Below are positions 36,634 to 43,365 of a stretch of 43,365 nt of DNA, in pieces. The stretch comes from a virus (lineage: Duplodnaviria; Caudoviricetes), in the IMG/VR virus record IMGVR_UViG_3300016464_000180, positions 1 through 43,365 of that record; one strand, 5' to 3'. The notes beneath the pieces are model-generated. The model was not told where the DNA came from. It saw only the letters and a program-made list of their open reading frames with translations, and ran no database searches. Within the stretch, counting starts at the first letter, position 1; every line of letters starts with the position of its first letter. The translations under genes and the position numbers were made by a program.

Positions 36634-38324
36634 CAGATACCTTGAGGTGCGGGGTTGTTGTAGCCACTAAACATGTTCATCACATCGACGGGTGCATCAG
36701 CAGCAGCAGAAGCAACGTTCTTCACGGTTTGCGATTGCTGCTGCATTGCCTCTGCCTGCTCCTTTGCCGCCATCGCTTGGTTGCGAGATTCGCGCAAGGC
36801 TTGCGCATCCTCGTTGGCAACTAGCAGCTTGGGCGGGACACCAAGCATTTCGGAGTAGGTATCGGCCCACTCGTCCGTGTTGATCTTGTCCAGGACTTCC
36901 GGCTTGAACTGAGCGACCATGCCGACGCTACCGACAAACCTGTCGATCCCGTTGACACCGATTGCACGCTGGGCCTGAGCAAGCACCGAGACAAACTCAA
37001 CGCTGAGATCCATGCCAAGAAGTTCCTCAGGAGGAGGCGGCAAAAGCCCCATCTTGAGCATGTGATTAAACGTGATGTCAATCAGCGGGTTGAGCAACTC
37101 GTTGTGGAGTCGCTCGATAACCGGACCAAGCATCAACAGCTTTTCCTCGTGCCGCTCGGCAACTTCCGTCGCGGTCATGCGCGCGTTGGAACTGTTGGCC
37201 AGCATCAGGAACAGATCCGCGTAGAACGCACCACGGATGCGCTCGCGGACATCCTGAATGTCTTGCAGCAGATAGTTGAGGTTGAGGTTGACCTCAAAAG
37301 CGGTGCGGATGCCAGCTTGCGGCGAGGCCGCGTCAACAAAGCTCACGCCACCGGGAAGCGTTTCGACATCCCGGTTCTTCATGCTGCTCGGAACTTGGAG
37401 CGGTGGCTTCGTCTGGTAGTCAATCGCTTGAGCTTTGCGAAGCTGCTCATGCTGAAGCTGCTTGATGTCACCAAGAGCTTCCATGCCTGGGCAGTGCCCG
37501 TAGATGTCGCCGCCAACGGTGGACCATCGAGGCGTAAGCACCGGGAATTGCTCAAACCCACTCTCGCTCAAGTAGGTATCGGGATCAGATCCGATCTCAA
37601 AGTAGCAACTCTTGAACGGCATGTGCTTAGCCGTGGGGTTGCCAACTTCGCGCTCGCGGTCTGCGCGCGGCTCAATCGCATGGATGATCGTCACCCACTG
37701 GTCCAAAGACCCGCGATCGAACAGATTGCGGACCGTGAGCGAGCAGTTCTTGTAGCCGAATTCTTTGACCAGTTCGCCAACCGTTTTGTCGAACTCGCGG
37801 TAAAGCGTGCAGATGCGGCCCTGGTAGTCGGACGCGATTGCAAACTCGCCAATCGTCAACGGGTAGTGGTGGATGACGTTTTGGAAGTCCGCCAAAACGA
37901 TGCTGGCGGAAGTGCCAAACGCACCAAGCTCCTCGTAAATCTGGTGCAGCGACCTGTAGGTGTTCGACTTCTGAAACACGCGCTGCATCCTTCGCGTCAC
38001 CTCGTCCAGCCAAATCTTGACCGGGTGGTATTGATTCAGCGAAGGATCAGGAGTCCCGAGACGGAACCACGGCCTAGCTGGCGACGTTGCTCCAGCCATC
38101 ATGCCTGCGCCGAGAACACGCAGCGCGCGCGTGCCCGTGTTGTCGTAAATCTGGTTGTGCTTGCGCTCGCCTCGGTTGCGGTCTTGGGAGAAGAACCGAC
38201 CGTTGCGAGGGAGGAGATAGGTGCTGATTTCTTGCCAGTGGCCCCACCAAGACGAGCGTTCCGTCTTGAGTTCGCCCCAGCGAGTCAGCAGCTTGTCACG
38301 ACGCGGTTCTTTCCCGTATTCCAT
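36633..38324 (-). CDS. Portal (head-tail connector)
   Basis: TSPARPWF, FGTS, PRW...YG..PGMEALGD, MTATEVAERHEEKLLMLGPV.ERL. Confidence 0.96.
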   Translation of the reverse strand: MEYGKEPRRDKLLTRWGELKTERSSWWGHWQEISTYLLPRNGRFFSQDRNRGERKHNQIYDNTGTRALRVLGAGMMAGATSPARPWFRLGTPDPSLNQYHPVKIWLDEVTRRMQRVFQKSNTYRSLHQIYEELGAFGTSASIVLADFQNVIHHYPLTIGEFAIASDYQGRICTLYREFDKTVGELVKEFGYKNCSLTVRNLFDRGSLDQWVTIIHAIEPRADREREVGNPTAKHMPFKSCYFEIGSDPDTYLSESGFEQFPVLTPRWSTVGGDIYGHCPGMEALGDIKQLQHEQLRKAQAIDYQTKPPLQVPSSMKNRDVETLPGGVSFVDAASPQAGIRTAFEVNLNLNYLLQDIQDVRERIRGAFYADLFLMLANSSNARMTATEVAERHEEKLLMLGPVIERLHNELLNPLIDITFNHMLKMGLLPPPPEELLGMDLSVEFVSVLAQAQRAIGVNGIDRFVGSVGMVAQFKPEVLDKINTDEWADTYSEMLGVPPKLLVANEDAQALRESRNQAMAAKEQAEAMQQQSQTVKNVASAAADAPVDVMNMFSGYNNPAPQGI

Positions 38325-38325
38325 A

Positions 38326-38634
38326 TTAGCCTCCCAGCAGGGTGTTCTTTTGCATCTGGCCCATGGAGCTAACGCCCATAGGACCAGTAAGCATGGTAGA
38401 CGGACCTTGGATACCTTGATCCTTAAGGATCTGGTTCACATCCGGTGTCTTGCGGTTGGCCTTGCGCATGGCTTCTTCAGACATGCGCTGCTGGCTCATC
38501 GCTTGGTTTGTTGCTTCGCGCTGAGCCTGTTCCTGCGCGCGCAACGCATTCTTTTGTTGCTTGCGCTGTTGCTCGCCTTGGTAAACAGACGTTCCAAGTG
38601 CGGCAACAGCCGCAACTGCTCCGGTGATCGCCAT
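38326..38634 (-). CDS. Small virion-associated protein preceding the portal
   Basis: TGATG coupling; STMLTGPMGV...KNTLLGG C-terminus typical of this slot. Confidence 0.75.
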   Translation of the reverse strand: MAITGAVAAVAALGTSVYQGEQQRKQQKNALRAQEQAQREATNQAMSQQRMSEEAMRKANRKTPDVNQILKDQGIQGPSTMLTGPMGVSSMGQMQKNTLLGG

Positions 38635-39107
38635 CAAAGCACCTTGCTGTAAATGATGTCTTGAACCTTGTAGCCCAGCCGTGGCATCAGTGTGTCGAGG
38701 CTGGTGTTTTCCTTTGCGTGCCACAGCATCATCTCGGCTCCTTTGGCAAACGCTTGCTTCTCGGTTTCCCTGATAAGGTCCAGGCCAACGCGAGTCTTGC
38801 GATGCTCCTCAGCAACAAACAGGAGATCGTTCTGCATGTAGAACATCTCCTTGTAGTGCATGTGGTTGGTGAAGAAGTTGATGCTGTAGCCGATGCACTC
38901 TTCGCCTAGGAACGCACCAAGGCACATAATCATGCCAGCTTGCTCAAGAGCGTAATACCGTTCCCAGTTAGGAAGCAGCTTCATAACGCTCTTGTTCAGC
39001 GCGATCTCCTCGTAGTGTTCCTTGAAGAGATCGTTGCAGTTCTCCTCAAAAAAGCTGACCGGGAGAGTCTCGATACGAATGGACGTAGAAGGCACATGGT
39101 AGACCAT
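38634..39107 (-). CDS. GNAT-family acetyltransferase
   Basis: DLLFVAEEHRKTRVGLDLIRETE...RLGY. The true start may be the GTG at 39095. Confidence 0.85.
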   Translation of the reverse strand: MVYHVPSTSIRIETLPVSFFEENCNDLFKEHYEEIALNKSVMKLLPNWERYYALEQAGMIMCLGAFLGEECIGYSINFFTNHMHYKEMFYMQNDLLFVAEEHRKTRVGLDLIRETEKQAFAKGAEMMLWHAKENTSLDTLMPRLGYKVQDIIYSKVL

Positions 39108-39135
39108 AGGTTTTTCTTATAACCCTATGGACCCC
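39103..39135 (-). promoter_or_regulatory. Putative phage late promoter, copy 2
   Basis: GGGGTCCATAGG-15 nt-TATGGT-7 nt-GTG. Confidence 0.7.
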
Positions 39136-39140
39136 GTGGA

Positions 39141-40676
39141 TCAAAAGCCTGCGTAGGGATCGTAGTCCTTCGCGGTGAATCCCTTCCTAGAGAACACGAC
39201 TTTCCGTTTAGGTGTGGCCATGAGGGCAAGGATTAGTGCGCTACCAAAGTCGGGCGATCTTCCAATCCTGTTTATGATGTCCTCTCGGGACGCGACCGCG
39301 ACGGTGCTTCCGACCATCTGCCAAGTCGGGGCCGTTAGGTCCGCAAGGATTCTGGGATCAGGTGGCAAGGCAATACCGTTGTTGGCATTCGGGTCTAGGG
39401 CTTCCCTCATGCGCCACCACAGTTCGCTGCGCAGGTTGCGGAACCGCATCCGGCCAGACTTGTCCACGCCCATGGCACCTTCCGCCACGTTCACACCCAC
39501 GACTTGCTGGCCTTGCTGGTTCAGGAAATCGTAGGGGCTGCTACCAACACCGATGATGTCGATGTGGATCGGCGCGTTGTCCCGGAGTGCCGCGATGCAG
39601 TAAGCAGCGGTAGTCGGGCCGTCCGGCGTGACGTTGCCCGGGTAGACAATAAGCTCGTCAAACCACATCCCGTGACGGCGCGACAGGATTGTGTTGTCCT
39701 TGCCACCGCGCGCAACGTCCACCCCCATGGAGTCCATTTCTGGGATGACATCCGGCTTCTTCCAGCGAGCTTGCGCGGCCTCGACCCACTTCGTTGGGAT
39801 TACCTGCCACGGGTCATCCTCGATGCCCGCGTTGAAGTCACCATGGAGCATCTGGCTGCGCAACGGCTCAGGCAAGCTCTGAAGCTGCGCCATGTAGCCA
39901 GTGCCCATTAGGTATGGGTTGTCCGAGATCCTACTAGGGACAAACGTCCGGCTAGTCGGGGTTATGAGTTCGCCACCATGGCGGAAGGGAGTCCCATCCG
40001 TGACTTCTAGGTCTTGGCCATCTACCGTTGCGAACCATCGTAGTTCTCCTGGTAGGGCTGGATTCTTGTGGGTCTTATCCAGCCATGGGGCGAAGAATTT
40101 GATAACCCATCGACCTTCGGCACTCGTCGGGGGGTTGAACGTGAGCAGCGCGCGGCACCGCTGATCTGGATCGGTCGTGCGGAGCCAGCCTAGAAGGAAG
40201 CGCACTGCGCTCTCGCGCATGTTACTGGCCTCGTCGAAGACCAGCAGATCATGTGGGCGGCCCTGGTATTTGCGCTCATCATCAGGTGCCGGGAACGAGC
40301 CAAGCTCAATCTGGAGATACTTTCCATCCGCGCGCTTTGTGCGCCAGATGCGTTCCTGGCCATTCCACCCGTCGCGGGTTTTCAGGATCTCGCCAATGCG
40401 ATCCACTACGCCAGTAAGCTCGGTTCCGTTCTGGCGAAAGATGCCAACCTTTTGGTGCTGAGTTAGGGACAGCCCCACCGCGAGATCTGTCTTGCCACCG
40501 CCTGCCGCGCCACCGTAGCCCACGATGGTAGCTTTGCTGCCGTAGGCTTGGGACTGAGGGCCAGGAAGGGGTCGCCAGACTACAGGGTCACTAACCAGCA
40601 GCTTGTCCAGTTCCTCCTGCTCTTGAGGAGTCAGGACCGCCAGAAGCTCAGGCTTGATCTTTTTTGGTTTTGCCAT
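39141..40676 (-). CDS. terL: Terminase large subunit
   Basis: Start ATG at 40676; Walker A YGGAAGGGKT, Walker B FDEA, TFNPP, DNPYL, GVDVARGG.D, RSPD. Confidence 0.95.
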   Translation of the reverse strand: MAKPKKIKPELLAVLTPQEQEELDKLLVSDPVVWRPLPGPQSQAYGSKATIVGYGGAAGGGKTDLAVGLSLTQHQKVGIFRQNGTELTGVVDRIGEILKTRDGWNGQERIWRTKRADGKYLQIELGSFPAPDDERKYQGRPHDLLVFDEASNMRESAVRFLLGWLRTTDPDQRCRALLTFNPPTSAEGRWVIKFFAPWLDKTHKNPALPGELRWFATVDGQDLEVTDGTPFRHGGELITPTSRTFVPSRISDNPYLMGTGYMAQLQSLPEPLRSQMLHGDFNAGIEDDPWQVIPTKWVEAAQARWKKPDVIPEMDSMGVDVARGGKDNTILSRRHGMWFDELIVYPGNVTPDGPTTAAYCIAALRDNAPIHIDIIGVGSSPYDFLNQQGQQVVGVNVAEGAMGVDKSGRMRFRNLRSELWWRMREALDPNANNGIALPPDPRILADLTAPTWQMVGSTVAVASREDIINRIGRSPDFGSALILALMATPKRKVVFSRKGFTAKDYDPYAGF

Positions 40677-41139
40677 TTCTGCGCTCCTTGGCGCGCTCGT
40701 TCTTGCGCTTGATCGCGGCCTTCTTCTTGGCTTCCGATTCCTCGTATCTGCGCACCGCGTCCAAGAACACACAGCAGACTGACGCATTCACGTTAGTCAG
40801 TTCTGATGCAGCCTCGATCAGCGGGTCGCTCATAACGATTGTCTCGTCCTTACCATAATGGGTGACCTTATGGATGGAAGCGTAGACCCACTCGCCCGTG
40901 TAGCGCAGTTGGAGCGCAAACCCTAGATCCCAGAGATACATGGTCATCTCAGGAATCGTGTGCGCGTCATACCCATACATGGGGCAGATACGCCGCAGCA
41001 TGTTGCCTTTCTTCCAACCAGCAGCCTCATAACTGCCAGCCTGGGGCGTGTCCATCCACCTACCCTTGTAGACTCCAGGTTCCCAGCCCATGGTTTGCAT
41101 GATCTCAGCATGGACCGGGGCAAGTGGATCAACTCTCAT
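40648..41139 (-). CDS. Hypothetical protein between terS and terL (possibly phage ABA-sandwich-like)
   Basis: Start ATG at 41139; 'MGW...P.Y..D...W..A...ASVC..FLDAV' pattern; overlaps both neighbours. Confidence 0.5.
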   Translation of the reverse strand: MRVDPLAPVHAEIMQTMGWEPGVYKGRWMDTPQAGSYEAAGWKKGNMLRRICPMYGYDAHTIPEMTMYLWDLGFALQLRYTGEWVYASIHKVTHYGKDETIVMSDPLIEAASELTNVNASVCCVFLDAVRRYEESEAKKKAAIKRKNERAKERRNGKTKKDQA

Positions 41140-41683
41140 TAGGGGTTTCCTCAGTGGTGATGACCTTGGCCTCGATGCGCTTAGGCTCCTCAGCCGCTTC
41201 CAGAAGCCTAGCTTCCGCAGCCCTAAGAATCGCATCAATCCTAGCAGCACGGTCAGTATCCGAGATTTTGATGGCCACACCATCTGGGTCACCAGATACC
41301 TGAACCTTATCTCCATACATCCTAGGCAGCAGCTTGGTCAGTAGCCATTTGCGCGTCTCAATCTGCAACCTAGCCAGATGGACGCTCCCGTAGTCAATTG
41401 CGCCTGTAGGGAGCCTGGGAGGCGGCGCATCCGCAATCTTTAGCAACTGGTCCGCCAGCCTCTCAGCACTTAGCTGCTTGGCCCGGATGAACTCAGTTCC
41501 TAAACCATCACGGTCCTCATAAACCCATCTGCGCACCGAGACACTAGGTGGCATACCCGGTTCGCTACAGATGTCATCTAAGGCCTCTCCGCCAGCTACC
41601 CTATCCAGAATCGCCAGAGCCAAAGCCCTAGAATATGCAACAGGGTGCTCAGGCGTATTTGCTACTCTCACTCGTCTAGCCAT
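41129..41683 (-). CDS. terS: Terminase small subunit
   Basis: GEALDDICSEPGMP...W...IAD...RLQIETRKWLLTKLLPRMYGDK (Sf6 gp1-like). Confidence 0.9.
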   Translation of the reverse strand: MARRVRVANTPEHPVAYSRALALAILDRVAGGEALDDICSEPGMPPSVSVRRWVYEDRDGLGTEFIRAKQLSAERLADQLLKIADAPPPRLPTGAIDYGSVHLARLQIETRKWLLTKLLPRMYGDKVQVSGDPDGVAIKISDTDRAARIDAILRAAEARLLEAAEEPKRIEAKVITTEETPNES

Positions 41684-41948
41684 GTTATGCGTTAGTCCCT
41701 AATAGGGGTCAGAAGATTTTTTTAGAAAAGTCCAGAAATCCGAGACAGATTTCTTTTCGGATTGGCTACAGCTACCAGCGTATAGCTCATCTGAAGTGTA
41801 TAGACGTTAGGGGCCTTGTGAGTTAGTTGGAATCACTTTGATTTGATTTGTGGCAGGGGGAACGACTTTCACGCGGCGAGCGGCGCGTGGGACCCCACCC
41901 GGGGGGTCGGTCGAGTGTGGCCAAGGTCGCCCCGCAAGCCGTGGCCAG

Positions 41949-42248
41949 CTAGCCGTCAGCCCCGCCGTCCGCCTCGCCCGCCACCGTCCGCCAGCCAGCC
42001 GGAACCGTGGCCCGCCGGAGATAGCGGCACCACGCTTTCACCACGCCAACGCTGACCCCGTATTTCCTGGCCAGCCGCCGATAGCCGAGGCCACCGCGTT
42101 CGTGGTCTTGCCGCACCTGCTCGACGAAAGCGTCAGAGTAGCGCGCCCGGTGATGATGCTCGCCCAAGGGGATGCCATCCTCTGACACGGGGACACGTTG
42201 GCCGCTTTTCGCCTTTCTCGGGCGATTCCAGCTAGGAAGGTAGGACAT
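41949..42248 (-). CDS. HTH DNA-binding protein (possible late regulator)
   Basis: Start ATG at 42248; GEHHHRARYSD..VEQVR...GYRRLARKYGVS...V. Confidence 0.7.
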   Translation of the reverse strand: MSYLPSWNRPRKAKSGQRVPVSEDGIPLGEHHHRARYSDAFVEQVRQDHERGGLGYRRLARKYGVSVGVVKAWCRYLRRATVPAGWRTVAGEADGGADG

Positions 42249-42309
42249 ATCCGAGCACCGTAAACAGCAACGCGGACGGCGCAAGGCCCCGCAAGCTAAC
42301 GCTGGCCCC

Positions 42310-42338
42310 TTGCAAGCTCTAACCGCTAACGCTAGGTT
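42310..42338 (+). promoter_or_regulatory. Sigma70-like promoter
   Basis: TTGCAA-17-TAGGTT upstream of 42404. Confidence 0.55.
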
Positions 42339-42403
42339 GGCGCATCGAGGGCCAGCTACTAGCTCGCCCCGCTGGCGCATAGTGCGCCGGATTCTCGAAA
42401 GCC

Positions 42404-42712
42404 ATGAAAGCCACGGAAGCACTAGCTAAGGTCGAAACTCTACTGGCGGAAGCCCGCGCGCATGCTGCGCACGGACGCGAGAACGCCACGAACGGCGCGA
42501 TGCGCCTCGCTTACCTTGCGCATATCGACTGCCTGGACGCTATCGCGGAGGCGCACGGATTCTCCGACGAGGTTTCCGACGCTGAGCTTGCCGAACGCGA
42601 TGCCGCGACGGCTAGCTTCGACGCGGCCACGGCCGAGATCGACGCGCTACTGTCGGGCCGCCCAATCCGCCAGTATTGCCACAACCGCCTCAACCTCGGG
42701 GGTGCGCAGTGA
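42404..42712 (+). CDS. Hypothetical protein
   Basis: Ala-rich helical ORF following a promoter; GTGA coupling to the next gene. Confidence 0.65.
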   Translation: MKATEALAKVETLLAEARAHAAHGRENATNGAMRLAYLAHIDCLDAIAEAHGFSDEVSDAELAERDAATASFDAATAEIDALLSGRPIRQYCHNRLNLGGAQ

Positions 42713-43026
42713 ATCCCGCCGACGCGTCCGCCTACGTCGCGGCATCCGCGCAGCTTTACTGCGCGGCCCTCCGCGAATCCCTCCGTTTCGGAATCGAGCA
42801 CGGCGACAGAGAAGCGACGGCAAGCTATCTCTCCGATGTCGCATCCGATCTCGCGCTCGACGCGCCTAACGTGGCGCGCGTGCTCCCGGCTGTCGGCGGG
42901 ATTCTGGCGCAAGCGTCGCGGATGGCCTTCGATGCCCGCGATGCGGCGCGCGATGCATCCGTGCCCCTCGGAGACTGCGCCCCGCGCATCCGCGCGATCG
43001 AGTCTATGCTTGCCCCGCTGGGCTAA
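42709..43026 (+). CDS. Hypothetical protein
   Basis: GTG start at 42709 with GGGGG upstream. Confidence 0.6.
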   Translation: MNPADASAYVAASAQLYCAALRESLRFGIEHGDREATASYLSDVASDLALDAPNVARVLPAVGGILAQASRMAFDARDAARDASVPLGDCAPRIRAIESMLAPLG

Positions 43027-43041
43027 CCGCCCAGGAAGCCA

Positions 43042-43078
43042 GCGGCCCCCGGCGCGCGCGTAGCGTTCCGGGGGCCGT
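43042..43078. terminator. GC-rich hairpin between convergent genes
   Basis: GCGGCCCCCGG ... CCGGGGGCCGT stem. Confidence 0.6.
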
Positions 43079-43107
43079 TGCATTTCCGGGGGACTACCCG
43101 CCGCGCG

Positions 43108-43314
43108 TTACGGTATCCCCCCGTTGCGCCAACGCGCCACGGTTACCCCGTAGACGCTGGCCAGAAGCTCGCGCGCTTCCCTTGCCACGGCGCGCGACCA
43201 TTCCCCGCGGACGTAGGCCCGGCACACGTTGCCGCAGCTATCGCGCCACGAAAAGCCAACGCCGTGGCGGTGGCCGTTCCATTCCGCGCGCCAGTATACC
43301 GTTGCGCGCGTCAT
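43108..43314 (-). CDS. Hypothetical protein
   Basis: 68 aa with a G-rich Shine-Dalgarno-like tract upstream; converges on the hairpin. Confidence 0.5.
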   Translation of the reverse strand: MTRATVYWRAEWNGHRHGVGFSWRDSCGNVCRAYVRGEWSRAVAREARELLASVYGVTVARWRNGGIP

Positions 43315-43365
43315 GGCTTCCCCCCGTGCGCCAGTTCGGCGGCAAGGGCAAGCCAGCGACGCACG

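Noticed and set aside
13079-38372. Long plus-strand ORFs (e.g. 13079-14617, 32401-33486, 37062-38372)
   Set aside because: Antisense shadows of well-supported GC-rich minus-strand genes.
8135-41683. Diversity-generating retroelement, expected by analogy with BPP-1
   Set aside because: No reverse transcriptase motif, and I saw no TR/VR repeat pair.
1-43365. Stop-codon reassignment suggested by frequent TAG/CTAG
   Set aside because: Genes are intact in code 11, and TAG terminates several of them (2188, 3664, 4678, 34328).

Overview
The window looks like an essentially complete ~43 kb tailed-phage genome with a podovirus-like (BPP-1/epsilon15-type) head-tail module; it may be circularly permuted, and I found no terminal repeat. 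The minus strand carries the late genes (41.7 to 8.1 kb): terS, terL, GNAT, portal, two inserted accessory genes, scaffold, major capsid, three tandem cement-protein paralogs, a copper radical oxidase, tail tubular A/B, two internal virion proteins, a ~3,370-aa polyvalent protein, two lysis-type membrane proteins and two fibre-like proteins. A divergent promoter pair at ~5.04-5.15 kb drives a leftward replication arm (RusA, SSB-like protein, initiator with internal origin, PAPS-reductase-like protein, DnaC) and a rightward recombination arm (PD-(D/E)XK exonuclease, ERF, HTH). I recognised no integrase, CI repressor, polymerase or endolysin. Most notable: (1) a ~480-nt highly structured, modular candidate ncRNA after dnaC; (2) an apparently intact AA5/GlxA-type copper radical oxidase inside the head-tail gene block; (3) a TGT/DpdA-like domain plus ART and metallopeptidase domains inside the giant protein, with a cassette bounded by an in-frame 15-bp direct repeat; (4) a phage-specific late promoter motif and leaderless starts. 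All family assignments come from recognising motifs by eye; no searches were run.
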